64,000 nucleotides of DNA. Origin: an uncultured delta proteobacterium (lineage in GTDB: Bacteria > Desulfobacterota > Binatia > Binatales > Binataceae). The translations under genes were made by a program, and so were the position numbers. Shown here one piece after another: positions 1 through 9,474 of the stretch (the first letter of the stretch is position 1; each line of letters begins with the position of its first letter). The notes under the pieces were generated by a model that ran no database searches, was not told the origin of the DNA, and was given only the letters and a program-made list of their open reading frames with translations. The stretch is taken from the NCBI GenBank assembly GCA_963815835.1, contig CAWFIF010000006.1, positions 699,344-763,343 of the forward strand, read 5' to 3'.

Positions 1-2809
1 CCCCCGAATTGGATGCCGGTGTGTAGTCGATCATTACCCAGGCGTCGTAGACCAACTCGGTGGTGCCGTTGGCATTCTGGACCGCTCCGATCTCGGTGGT
101 ACCGGTAGTCAGGTTGGCGTAGCTCGGACCCCACACCCCATCGTCGAAATATTTCAGCGAACCATTGACGGTGATTGCGGTGTCGGTGTTCGCTCCTCCA
201 ACCCGGCGGCGAATCTTGAGCCCCACCGTCCCGTAGCCTTCTGCCAGAATCGCGGTCTTGCCCGCGTTGATGCTATCTCCCGCTCCCAGCGTCCCACTCC
301 CGTATTTGGTCCCATCCGCCGCCGTGTAGGTCGAGGCAAAGCTCGCCAGCACCATAGTCTGCGCCGCCAGTGCGTTGTTGTAACAATAATCCGCCGCGTT
401 GTAGGTCGCGTGCGACCAGTCCTGCCAGGACGTGCTGCTCCCAGCCTTGCTCCACCCATCGTAGCTCGGCGTTCCGGCCACCCCCTGGCGCGCAATAATA
501 TACCCCGCACCCGGATACTGATCCCCACGAATCACCACGTCATCCAGCCACGCGTAGCCGCTCTGCCCACTTCCGGTGGCGCCCAACATTCCAACCAGCA
601 AATGATCGATGTTGATACTGCCGGTGTTCAAACTCGCGCCGGTCGCGCGCACCACGCCGTCCACCCGCATCTCCAACACTCCGCTCCCAGACCCCACTAC
701 ACACCTCAACTCCACCGTGTGCCACGCATTTGCGGTTGTCACATAGTCGGATCCTACTTGCGTCCCGGTCACTTCATTCCACAGCCGCAGCGCTACCGTC
801 GGTCCTCCCGACGTTGCCAGGCGCACCGAGCCGATCGCCGCCGATCCAATAAACGAGAGCAGACTCGTGCTCGAAACCGAGGGATTGCTGGTGTTGGTGT
901 ACAGGTTGGCACGCACGTAGCCGGTGGCCAGGTTCAGCCCCGCCGGCGACCCCAAATAATCAAATTTGTCGTTTAGTGGCACCTTCAGCGACCAGCCCCC
1001 TTTGGTCACCTGGGTAGTGTCTAAAGTCAGATTCGAGATACCGGTGCTCAATGGCCATTCGCGCAAGTCGCCGGTCTCAAATCCGCTCATGAACTTCACC
1101 CCCGGAGCCGGCGTCGGACTCGCCGTCGCCGTCGCGGTCGCCGTGGCGGTTGGGACCCCGGTCGCTGTCGCGGTCGCGCTCGGTGTCGCGATCGCCGACG
1201 GGGTCGCGATCAGTGTCGCCACTGCGGTAGTTGCGGTGGCCGTCGGGGTCGCGCCTATGGTTGCCGTCGGGGTGGCCGTCACAGTCGCAGTGGCGGTTGG
1301 TGTCGGAGTTGTCGTAGCAGTCGCAGTGCGAGTTGCCGTCGCGGTCGGCGTCACGACGGACACATTCAGGGGTTGGGACGCAATGCCGTTGGCTACGACG
1401 ACGATGCTGCTCGAACCGCCTTCGATGCCGGCTGGCACATCGAAGTTCGTTGAGACCGGCGTGGCGCCGGTGGCCACTCCCATAGTGCTGTGCCCATGGG
1501 TGCGCGCGTAAAATATGTGACCGCTGGCGTTGTTGGTGACGCGCACCAGCGGATAATTCGTAGCGTTTTGCGATTCGTCACCAAAAGCTGTGCCCTGTGA
1601 TAAGCCGTTGAATTGCGTACCGGTGATTGGATAGGTTGCGCCGCTATTGATCATCGTGGGGGCAGACGTGATCGTAGGAGCCCAGGATGAATTGTTTGAA
1701 GACGCGGGAGTGTAAATCTCCACCGTGCTCGAGCCATCCACAAACATGACTTGGCCGGTCGGCAGCAATAACAGGCTCGTGAAGTAAGTGGCATCGACGT
1801 TAGCGCGGGAAGGCGCCGGAACACTATTCAAGTTAAGGCCGTCGAACTCGAAATATTGCAGGCCAGATCCATAGGCTCCGGGGCTGGCGCCGAATAAGAC
1901 GTGACCGTTGGGCAGCACGGCACCGGGTCCGTCTTCGATATCCAACCCTGACGGAACATCGGAACCGACCGTCCAGGAGTTGGTTGAAGGAGTGTAAATG
2001 GCGGTAGCACCGTTTGCGCCCACGGCGAATAAAGTTCCGTTCGGAAGAAGCAGATCAGGACCAATCTCGCCTGGGGGATAGTAGACGGGTCCACCGGGAA
2101 CTTGGATGGGGGCGGAAGTGGTAGGTGTGTGAAGGTCGACGGGAGTGGGGCCGGCACTGACCCAAGCCGAGGTGGACGGAATGAATCGCTCCGCATTCGG
2201 AGCGCTCTCGACATCAAGAGTAAACACACTTCCATCGGGCAGCAGAACCCAGCCTTCTTCGGAGTTGGAGCCGTCTATCTTGCCTGTTTCGTTAACGGCG
2301 GTCCAAGTCAGCGTAGAAGGATCGAGAACCGCCATGTTTTGGTCGAGCTTGCTGCCGATGAGGAAGGTGCCGTTCGGGAGCACGACCGCGGGTGCATCGC
2401 CCACATATTCGATGTTCGGCGGGGTGGGAAGTAAGGTCCAGGTATTGGCGGTGGGATCATAGATGGCGCCCTTGTTAGTTAGTGCAAAGGGGCCTTCGTT
2501 GTACTCACCGCCAACGACAACGACGCGGCCGTCGGCGAGGACAGCGGAAGCATAGGCATCGGGCACATAGCCGCTGGGGAAACTGGCAATCTGCGACCAG
2601 GAGCCATTAACATAACTACCAAATAAGTCGGGCGTGAGTTTGTCCCAGGCGGCGCCTGATTGGCAGATCACCGTCCCGTCGGTTAAAAGCATGCAGAGGC
2701 TGGGTGCGAAGCTAGGTTGGTTTTCGAGAGCGCTCCAGGATTGGGCCTGCGCGGCAATGGGTGAGAATAAGATGCTCGAGAGTACGAGCGTGGCGAATCG
2801 TTCAAGCAC
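1..2809 (-). CDS. Secreted galactose/glyoxal-oxidase-like kelch beta-propeller protein with TA/TP linker and C-terminal jelly-roll (LamG/concanavalin-like) region; 3' end beyond window
   Basis: Absent from the ORF track because its stop lies left of position 1. Manual reverse translation from GTG 2809 (codon first bases = 1 mod 3) stayed open everywhere I checked. It gives VLERFATLVLSSILFSPIAAQA/QSW (signal peptide) and repeated blades (VLPNGTFLIG, LLPDGSVF, LLPNGTLFAVG, VLPNGHVLFGA, LLPTGQVMFVDG). Then comes NYPLVRVTNNASGHIFYARTHGHSTMG (Ig-like C-terminal domain of galactose/glyoxal oxidases), a TA/TP linker and a beta-rich tail. Plus-strand ORFs 154-2462 are shadows. Confidence 0.7.
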   Translation of the reverse strand, partial: MLERFATLVLSSILFSPIAAQAQSWSALENQPSFAPSLCMLLTDGTVICQSGAAWDKLTPDLFGSYVNGSWSQIASFPSGYVPDAYASAVLADGRVVVVGGEYNEGPFALTNKGAIYDPTANTWTLLPTPPNIEYVGDAPAVVLPNGTFLIGSKLDQNMAVLDPSTLTWTAVNETGKIDGSNSEEGWVLLPDGSVFTLDVESAPNAERFIPSTSAWVSAGPTPVDLHTPTTSAPIQVPGGPVYYPPGEIGPDLLLPNGTLFAVGANGATAIYTPSTNSWTVGSDVPSGLDIEDGPGAVLPNGHVLFGASPGAYGSGLQYFEFDGLNLNSVPAPSRANVDATYFTSLLLLPTGQVMFVDGSSTVEIYTPASSNNSSWAPTITSAPTMINSGATYPITGTQFNGLSQGTAFGDESQNATNYPLVRVTNNASGHIFYARTHGHSTMGVATGATPVSTNFDVPAGIEGGSSSIVVVANGIASQPLNVSVVTPTATATRTATATTTPTPTATATVTATPTATIGATPTATATTAVATLIATPSAIATPSATATATGVPTATATATATASPTPAPGVKFMSGFETGDLREWPLSTGISNLTLDTTQVTKGGWSLKVPLNDKFDYLGSPAGLNLATGYVRANLYTNTSNPSVSSTSLLSFIGSAAIGSVRLATSGGPTVALRLWNEVTGTQVGSDYVTTANAWHTVELRCVVGSGSGVLEMRVDGVVRATGASLNTGSINIDHLLVGMLGATGSGQSGYAWLDDVVIRGDQYPGAGYIIARQGVAGTPSYDGWSKAGSSTSWQDWSHATYNAADYCYNNALAAQTMVLASFASTYTAADGTKYGSGTLGAGDSINAGKTAILAEGYGTVGLKIRRRVGGANTDTAITVNGSLKYFDDGVWGPSYANLTTGTTEIGAVQNANGTTELVYDAWVMIDYTPASNSG
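1104..1360 (-). repeat. Low-complexity coding repeat (Thr-Ala / Thr-Pro linker) inside the kelch gene
   Basis: Quasi-periodic GTCGCC/GTCGCG hexamers. In the gene frame they read TPTATATRTATATTTPTPTATATVTATPTATIGATPTATATTAVATLIATPSAIATPSATATATGVPTATATATATASPTPAPG. Frame checked at 1127-1138 (T-A-T-A). Confidence 0.8.
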
Positions 2810-3816
2810 GTTGGTTTTCCCGAAGGATAAAGTACGTTGACTAGCATGTACACGAGTCTGCTTCCGACTGCATCCCCCTTGTTATAGCCTCGGGCGAGCT
2901 TGATCCGCAGCGCCCATCTGCTGCGCTGATCGCTTTTGTGATCGGCGCTACGTAAAGCAGCGCGTGCTCCGTGAATCAGGATGGTACGCAAATAGCGATC
3001 TCCACGCTTGCTGATTCCGAGTAGCTGGCTGCGATTGCCGCTCGAGTACTGGCGCGGAACCAGCCCTAGCCATGCCGATAGTTCGCGCCCGCTCTTGAAT
3101 TCACTCGCGTTGCCGACCGCCGCCACCACCGCGGTAGCAACCAGCGGACCCACCCCTTCGATCTTGGCGAGCCTCTTACAGCGCTCATCCTCCTTAAACA
3201 CTCGCTCGATTCGGTCGTCGTAGGCACCGACCCGTTCGTCGAGGAAGCGCAGCCGCTCGGCCATTTCTTGCAAGGTTTCGCGAAACAGCCCACTCAGGCC
3301 GTGGCGTTGGGGATCGGCGAGAATCTCCAACAGCAACCGGCGCGCGCGTGCGATCCCCTGGGGCGCCACGATGCCGTGCTCAGCGAGCAGGCCCCGCGCC
3401 TGATTGACTAGTGCAGTCCGGCTCTTGAGCAGCTGCTCACGTACTCGGTGCAGCGCCTGAACCTCGTGCTGTGCTTCGCTCTTGATCGGCACGAAGCGCA
3501 TCGAGGCCCTGGTTACCGCCTCGCAGATAGCCACGGCATCATGCGCGTCGTTCTTATCGCTTTTCCGGTACGGTTTGACAAACCGCGGACTCATAAGTCT
3601 TACTCGATGACCCAGCTGCTCGATCTTGCGCGCCCAGTAGTGTGCGCTGCTGCAGGCTTCCAGGCCCACTAAACACGGCGGCAGCTGGCTCAGGAATTCC
3701 AGCAGCCGGCTGCGAACTAGCCGCTTCTTAAATGCTACCCGACCCTCGCCGTCAACTCCGTGCAGACCGAAGACGTCTTTTGCCAGATCGATTCCGATTG
3801 TTGTAACCTTCATCAC
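2683..3816 (-). CDS. IS110-family (DEDD) transposase
   Basis: MKVTTIGIDLAKDVF, LVGLEACSSAHYWAR and KNDAHDAVAICEA match the RuvC-like N-domain. KIEGVGPLVATAVVA...GLVPRQYSSGNRSQLLGISKRGDRYLRTILIHGA matches the C-terminal domain. Both are IS110-family signatures as I recall them. The last ~40 aa lose resemblance and overlap the kelch start by 127 nt, so the 3' end may be truncated or fused. Confidence 0.85.
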   Translation of the reverse strand: MMKVTTIGIDLAKDVFGLHGVDGEGRVAFKKRLVRSRLLEFLSQLPPCLVGLEACSSAHYWARKIEQLGHRVRLMSPRFVKPYRKSDKNDAHDAVAICEAVTRASMRFVPIKSEAQHEVQALHRVREQLLKSRTALVNQARGLLAEHGIVAPQGIARARRLLLEILADPQRHGLSGLFRETLQEMAERLRFLDERVGAYDDRIERVFKEDERCKRLAKIEGVGPLVATAVVAAVGNASEFKSGRELSAWLGLVPRQYSSGNRSQLLGISKRGDRYLRTILIHGARAALRSADHKSDQRSRWALRIKLARGYNKGDAVGSRLVYMLVNVLYPSGKPTCLNDSPRSYSRASYSHPLPRRPNPGALSKTNLASHPASACF

Positions 3817-4234
3817 TGGACCCTCCTCCTACCTCGATTCGGATGGTCGAGTTTACCATCCTGGCCCTAAGAGGCCGTTTCAGGTTGTGAGCCTGGGTCC
3901 ATCTCATCAGTACCGGTTCACCTTTATTTCGCTTTTACTGGCCGGCGAGTGGGCGGGTTTTCGGGCGGGATTTACCATCAGCTCAGCAGAGACGATGTTC
4001 GCATCGAGTTCGCCTAAAACATTGGCGATGTCTAAAGCGGTTTATGAAGGCGGTACGGCGTGAGCAACCTTCGCGGTTACCACTCATGGGCGGCCGACGA
4101 CCGGGACGATTGGATTTTGGGGAAACCTAGGGTGGCGCCAAGAAGGGGTTCATGGTCGAGGTGCTCGGGCCGGAACTCGGCCTGTCTACAAACGGAACCC
4201 GGTGAGAGGACCAACGGGGCAGTTCCAACTGCGA

Positions 4235-4467
4235 TTAAGACTGTCGCTTTGCGAAAAGCTTCTTGAACAACCGCTCCGACTCCCGGAGTCCTTCATCCGT
4301 CAGGACCACCGATTTGGCCTTGCCGACGGGATCCGATATGAAGCCCTGCTGATGGAGCCGGTTCATGGTGTCCCAATCAAACCCTTTCCACGCCCTGGTG
4401 CCGTCGTGCAGCGTCAATGGAGGAGTGCGAGGACGGTTTCATCAATTTTCTTGGTATCGATATCCAT
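4235..4467 (-). pseudogene. DUF6429-like small protein gene with a 1-nt frameshift
   Basis: ATG 4467 gives MDIDTKKIDETVLALLH then TGA. One base out of frame it continues LTLHDGTRAWKGFDWDTMNRLHQQGFISDPVGKAKSVVLTDEGLRESERLFKKLF. Together they match the DUF6429-type pattern (ALLxLxLHDGxRAWKGFDWDxMxRLHxKGxISDPVGKAKSV) from memory. Confidence 0.55.
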
Positions 4468-4563
4468 GCGCGCTCATTTGATCGAGAGGGATCGCCTGTC
4501 CTTGAGCATGTGCACATTTGGATCGGCACGGCCGACTAACGGCGGGTGATACCAGGGAAGCGC

Positions 4564-4711
4564 GCTAATAAACCAGGCTAGGAAGCCTTCCGTTTCTTCT
4601 GCGACGGATCGCATCGATGATCCCGTTTAGCGAATCTCCCACGATTCCGTAGATCCTTTTGACACCGGCTTCGACCAGCGTCTTAACCATCTGTTCTGCA
4701 ACAGTAGCCAT
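4564..4711 (-). pseudogene. N-terminal stump of a thiamine-diphosphate enzyme (pyruvate oxidase / acetolactate synthase-like)
   Basis: Manual translation gives [48 protein letters not shown]. The first ~35 aa match the PoxB/IlvB N-terminus (AGVKRIxGxxGDSLNG). The ORF then ends after 49 aa. Confidence 0.5.
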
Positions 4712-5006
4712 AGCTAATGCCTCTCAGTGGCCGTTGACGGCATCGGTCCACCGCGCCGGCCGGTAGTAATTCGCAGCTTCACGTCACGCGGTTCACTAGT
4801 GCAATGTGCGGGCCGCATCAAAAACTCTGGAATAACTTGAAGTCCGATAAAGAACTTTGCCCTGGTCTGGGAAATTGCTCGGATCCGGGCGGGAAATGCA
4901 GCGCTTGTTTTAGCAACTCTTTCCAGTCGATTGGTCCGAAACCGATCCAACGAGGCCGGGCCCTATTCGCTCTAACCGCAGGCGTGACCAGTTACTAGGT
5001 TCTAGT

Positions 5007-5933
5007 TCAACGATTGATCATCGAGTGGATTTCGGCGATATAGCCCCCAGGAAATTGCACCATGGCGGCATCCCGATCGTCGGCTCTGTAGGGAGCGACA
5101 AGGATCGATACGCCGGCTGCTCTAGCTTTGGAGAGGGTATCCGAGAGGTTAGCTACCTCGTATCCGGTTGTCTCTCGTCCATATGGATAAGGTAGATGGC
5201 CATCAGTGACGAGTGCAGTCATCTTTCCAAATTTCGATTGCATGCGGATTCGGCGATAAGTATCCGTTGGAAGCCCGATTTCGACGCCTGCGGCGTGCTT
5301 ATCATCTGATACGATTTCTCCGTGAGAAAACTTCAGAAAGCTGGCACTGAAAACGTTCGCCCCATGTGCGGACACGTAAACACGATTTTCAGGGACCATC
5401 TGAAGACTCGCATAAGACGGCCAGACAGTATGCCAATAGAGCTGCGTGTTCACCCCGCCTGGCCATTGGATGACCGCATCTCGCCCGATCGGATCGTCGA
5501 AGGGACTGACTATAACATCCGCGCCCGCCGCGCGAGCCGTCCGAATAGCCGAGTCAAGGTCGGTCACGAGATAACCCGTCCGCTCTGAGCCAAATGGATA
5601 TGGTATAGGAGTCTCGAAACCGAATACTGAGAAAGTTCCCACTGGCGTCAATACCAACTGGGACATCGTCATACTCGGAGTGGGAGTTACTGTGAAGACG
5701 CCTTTCTTTGAAGTCGTGCCCCCAAAAGTGGCGACGAGGCTAGCGACGGAGTGGTCGAAATCATTTGGTGCGACATATACATGCGCTGTGTCGTATTGAG
5801 GGCTCACGGCTACCTCTGAGCTAGCAGTAGGGGGTTGGGCATCCGCCTTTGTGTCAAAAAACGCTGACGGACCAACATTACAGATAACTAGAAGGATAGT
5901 GACTGCGGCTATGAAGGTTCTGGTTGTTCGCAT
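5007..5933 (-). CDS. Secreted tandem glyoxalase/VOC-like fold protein
   Basis: Signal peptide MRTTRTFIAAVTILLVICNVGPSAF. Two internal repeats: GYLVTDLDSAIRTARAAGADVIVSPFDDPIGRDAVIQWPGGVNTQLYWH and GYEVANLSDTLSKARAAGVSILVAPYRADDRDAAMVQFPGGYIAEIHS. Both are typical of VOC beta-alpha-beta modules. Confidence 0.6.
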   Translation of the reverse strand: MRTTRTFIAAVTILLVICNVGPSAFFDTKADAQPPTASSEVAVSPQYDTAHVYVAPNDFDHSVASLVATFGGTTSKKGVFTVTPTPSMTMSQLVLTPVGTFSVFGFETPIPYPFGSERTGYLVTDLDSAIRTARAAGADVIVSPFDDPIGRDAVIQWPGGVNTQLYWHTVWPSYASLQMVPENRVYVSAHGANVFSASFLKFSHGEIVSDDKHAAGVEIGLPTDTYRRIRMQSKFGKMTALVTDGHLPYPYGRETTGYEVANLSDTLSKARAAGVSILVAPYRADDRDAAMVQFPGGYIAEIHSMINR

Positions 5934-6013
5934 CGGGCGTGCTGTGCCTACTAAAAATTCCGAACTTGTTGAAAAGTCTGGAGATTTTCGGCGGCGCGCC
6001 TTAGTGTCGCCGG

Positions 6014-7036
6014 ATGCTCGTATTCTTCTCGGAACTCTTCTCGTGGCTCGCTTGCCGCTGCCACGGCCGTGCGGCTTTGGAGCTTGAGGTCATCGCGCTG
6101 CGCCACCAACTGGCAGTCTTGCGCCGCCAGAGTCCGAGCCGTCCGCGACTGTTCCCAGTGGATCGGCTCCTGTGGATCTGGCTCTACAGGGTATGGCCAC
6201 GCAGCCTCGACTTAATGGTGCTGGTCAAGCCTGCGACGGTGGTTCGCTGGCACCGCCAAGGGTTTCGGCTGTATTGGCGCTGGCGCTCGCGGTCCGGACG
6301 CCCGTCAGTCAATCACGAGATTCGTGATTTGATCCGGCAGATGAGCAGCGCCAATCCGCTCTGGGGTGCGCCTCGGATCCACGGCGAGTTGCTCAAGCTC
6401 GGTATCGAGATCAGCCAAACTACGGTCGGCAAGTATATGGTGCGAGGAAGCAGGACGCCGTCGCCGACCTGGCGCAGCTTCCTGCGCAACCAAGCGAGCG
6501 GCATCGCCGCGATCGACATGTTCGTCGTGCCTTCGGCTACATTCCGACTGCTGTTTGTGGCTCTGATCCTGGTTCACGACCGCCGCAAGGTGGTCCACTT
6601 CAACGTCACCCGCAATCCGACCGCTGTGTGGCTCTCTCGTCAGTTGACGGAGGCCTTCCCGTGGGACACCTCTCCGCGCTATTTGCTGCGCGACCGTGAC
6701 GCCTCGTACGGTGTCGAGTTCTGCAATCGGGTCCAGGCGATGGGAATCAAGGAAGTCGTCACCGCACCCCGATCACCGTGGCAGAACCCCTACGTAGAGC
6801 GGGTCATAGGCTCGCTTCGCCGCGAGTTTCTGGATCACGTTGTAATCTTCAACGAGCGGCATCTGCGCCGCGTCTTGCCTTCCTACCTCGACTACTACCA
6901 TCGAACGCGCACCCATCTTTCGCTCGACAAGGATTGCCCCGACCCACGCCGGATTATGCCGCGCGGGATCGGAAAGATAGTCGTCCTCCCACAAGTCGGA
7001 GGGCTGCATCATCGCTACGAACGTCTCGCTGCCTGA
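6014..7036 (+). CDS. rve (integrase-core, DDE) transposase, IS481/IS3-superfamily-like, copy 1
   Basis: NPLWGAPRIHGELLKLGIEISQTTVGKYM (HTH), then D...D...E: IAAIDMFVV, YLLRDRDASYG, APRSPWQNPYVERVIGSLRRE. Ends GGLHHRYER. Paralog of 27202-28218 (roughly 60% aa identity by eye). Confidence 0.85.
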   Translation: MLVFFSELFSWLACRCHGRAALELEVIALRHQLAVLRRQSPSRPRLFPVDRLLWIWLYRVWPRSLDLMVLVKPATVVRWHRQGFRLYWRWRSRSGRPSVNHEIRDLIRQMSSANPLWGAPRIHGELLKLGIEISQTTVGKYMVRGSRTPSPTWRSFLRNQASGIAAIDMFVVPSATFRLLFVALILVHDRRKVVHFNVTRNPTAVWLSRQLTEAFPWDTSPRYLLRDRDASYGVEFCNRVQAMGIKEVVTAPRSPWQNPYVERVIGSLRREFLDHVVIFNERHLRRVLPSYLDYYHRTRTHLSLDKDCPDPRRIMPRGIGKIVVLPQVGGLHHRYERLAA

Positions 7037-7165
7037 CTCCTCCCAGATTGCAGCTCACCATAAGGTTGCGCCGCCGCCTGCCTGCCGTCGTCGGAGGATT
7101 TACCTATCGAGGTCTTTTGATCTCGATAAGGGCCCGACCACTTGAAATTCAGACCGCAGCCTGCT

Positions 7166-7474
7166 TCACTTCTCGCGCCGATTCGCTAGCAATGCTCCCT
7201 CTGCCCAAATTGCCCTCCCGATAGAATTTTTGGCAGGCACACGGCGCAGGAACGGTTTGAATTGCTCGGCATATTCCGCTCCCTTGGCTTCCACATATGC
7301 CTTAATCAGAAGAAACAAATTCCCGCTCGCCAGGGTAGTCTGCGATCTACCGTAGGTCAGATGTCCAGCGTCGCCCCTGAGCAAAGTGACGTTCCCGTAG
7401 TCTCCGCGGACCATTCCGGTCTCGAAGATGTTGACGATCGCCTCGCTAGTGGCCTTCTGAAGATCGGTAGGCAC
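7166..7474 (-). pseudogene. Truncated GH46/chitosanase-like (peptidoglycan-hydrolase-type) N-terminal fragment
   Basis: ATSEAIVNIFETGMVRGDYGNVTLLRGDAGHLTYGRSQTTLASGNLFLLIKAY resembles, from memory, the N-terminal domain of GH46-like peptidoglycan-binding proteins. Only 102 aa remain. The tail degenerates where the rve element abuts it (about 7040-7200). Confidence 0.4.
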
Positions 7475-7481
7475 CGCTAGG

Positions 7482-9242
7482 TCACTTCCTCATGTCCGTA
7501 ATCTCGGCCGGCCAGGTCGCCATCTGCCCATCGGGATTTGTGAGGGTGAGGTTAGGAGGAGGTGGCTTCTTGGTGGCGATCTTATCAATCAGCGCCGGGT
7601 CTTTTATAGTTAGCCGCAGTTGAGAAGCGAAATTGTCGCCGCCTGCATCGGTATTCTGCGCTACGACTTCGAGAACATTGTCGGTGGGCTTGGCGTCCAG
7701 AGCCTTCACATAGGTAACCTGCAAATCGTCGAACCGGACGCCGCAACCTGTAGTGGCCAGGTTCTGGCCGAAGATGTCGAACGTAAGTTTATCTCTCCGA
7801 CCGCTCGAGACCGATTGAGACATATCAGTTTCCCATTGCCCTTTTATCTTCATAACGATCGGGCCTGGACTGCGTGCCAGTTTACCGCCGAGATACCCAG
7901 CCGAACTAACACCCATCAGAGCAAGAAACCCCTGAGGGATTGAAGGCAGGCTCCGAAGTGAGCCTGGATCGGCAAGAAAGGTAAGCGCGAGGAATGCCAG
8001 AACGCCAACCAGGGTCCACACAACAAACTGCATTCTTTCTGGAACGACCACACCTCCGATGGTGAGGAGATCGGCCCATCCCGGCTGCACTCTGCCCGCC
8101 CCCTTGGAGCCGATGGATGAAGTGAGTCCGGCAGCAGCTACAGAAGTTCCCGCGCTGATTCCAAAGATGTAGGGAAGGTTTTCGGGGATATCGGCGAACT
8201 CGAAGGTTCCCTGAACCAAGCTGCGGACAAGAGTAAGGTACAAGTATCCGAGGACTACCGCGAAGGTCCAAAGATAGAACTGGAATTTCGACAAACTATA
8301 AGTGTTGGTCTGACTATCGAGCATCAAAGACGTAATTAGCCGATACGGACGTTTGTCGATTTTCTTTCCGGAACTCCGCGAAAGGATCACACCCAACCCT
8401 AATACAATCGCAACTGTTATGCCCCCAGCCAGTTCGCGTGGCCAGCCGCTGTCCACGCGAGATAAGACGGCAGTCTTGGCGGCCGAGACGGCCGAAGCCC
8501 CTGCATCATCTACAGTGATGCTAACCAGCCCTCCGTAGGTGTCGACGGGGATGCCCGACAGATGGATCTCGCGCCCGTTCTGTCCGACCGTTCCGACCAT
8601 GCCGCACTTGTCGCAGGTGCTTGGTACGCCGCAGTCCCAAAACACGGGCACCTGGTCGCCGTTGAAAAGGATTCGGTTGTCCTCGCCGGCTAAACTGAAA
8701 TTGTCTCCGCTCAGCAGTATCGACTCAGTCTGACCTCCCTTGCAGCCCTCAACTTTAGCTGAGGGATAAACCACTGGCGGCGTGATACCGAGCAAAGACG
8801 GTCCAGACCCGGTTTCGCGCATGATCCGCGCGCTGACAAAGGGCATCGCCGCCAACTGCGCATTGGAGAGATTCGCAGGGTTGTTCAGGCGGACTTCGTA
8901 TTGCCCAACCGGAAGATCGAACGGAACGACGGCGCTGCAGAAGGCGTCGTCTTTGGCTTGGACGCAGGGAACATCCTTGCGCAGTGCCTTATCGCATCCT
9001 TTCGCATCGCTTCCAGGCAGGCAGGCCTCCATGAACACGGCAATGAGATTCTGCGTTTCCTGGGACTTGTTGGAAATATTTAGTTTGATAGTCGAGCCGC
9101 GCGTAACCTGAGGCGGCTCGACTGACGCCAATGATGAGTCGGAAAATGCTGTTGCGGGCCCGGCAAGCAATGCGAAGGCGGCAACGGCCGCTGACACGGT
9201 GAGTGCCAAGACCGACCGCCGCTCTCGAGAAACGGATTCCAT
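7482..9242 (-). CDS. Polytopic membrane protein with extracytoplasmic IPT/TIG-like and Cys-rich N-terminal region and IPT-like C-terminal domain
   Basis: Signal/anchor LALTVSAAVAAFALLAGPATA. Ig-like segment ITPPVVYPSAKVEG...ILLSGDNFSLAGEDNRILFNGDQV. About 5 hydrophobic spans (ITVAIVLGLGVIL, FYLWTFAVVLGYLYLTLV, IFGISAGTSVAAAGL, FVVWTLVGVLAFLALTFL, FLALMGVSSAGYLGG). C-terminal beta-rich ~120 aa. No named family recognised. Confidence 0.6.
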   Translation of the reverse strand: MESVSRERRSVLALTVSAAVAAFALLAGPATAFSDSSLASVEPPQVTRGSTIKLNISNKSQETQNLIAVFMEACLPGSDAKGCDKALRKDVPCVQAKDDAFCSAVVPFDLPVGQYEVRLNNPANLSNAQLAAMPFVSARIMRETGSGPSLLGITPPVVYPSAKVEGCKGGQTESILLSGDNFSLAGEDNRILFNGDQVPVFWDCGVPSTCDKCGMVGTVGQNGREIHLSGIPVDTYGGLVSITVDDAGASAVSAAKTAVLSRVDSGWPRELAGGITVAIVLGLGVILSRSSGKKIDKRPYRLITSLMLDSQTNTYSLSKFQFYLWTFAVVLGYLYLTLVRSLVQGTFEFADIPENLPYIFGISAGTSVAAAGLTSSIGSKGAGRVQPGWADLLTIGGVVVPERMQFVVWTLVGVLAFLALTFLADPGSLRSLPSIPQGFLALMGVSSAGYLGGKLARSPGPIVMKIKGQWETDMSQSVSSGRRDKLTFDIFGQNLATTGCGVRFDDLQVTYVKALDAKPTDNVLEVVAQNTDAGGDNFASQLRLTIKDPALIDKIATKKPPPPNLTLTNPDGQMATWPAEITDMRK

Positions 9243-9474
9243 CGTGTCCCGATACCCGTTCTTTCGGATTGCATCATGCTCACACGAGGTGAGCGATGAT
9301 ACCGCAACCAGAAGCTAATACAAAATCTCGCCTTGTGTGTCTACAGGTGGTGGACGCCCTCTGGATGAATTTAACTTATACGTAACGACCAGGTTCTGCT
9401 CACAGCTTGTGCTTAGCGATCACTGGCGCTATCAGGCAGATCATCAACAAGAATTCGTCGAGAGGAGAAAGGGA

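Noticed and set aside
1104-1360. Quasi-periodic GTCGCC/GTCGCG repeats that look superficially like a tandem repeat or degenerate repeat array
   Set aside because: They are in frame within the kelch ORF and simply encode a Thr-Ala/Thr-Pro linker. There are no spacers or constant-length units.
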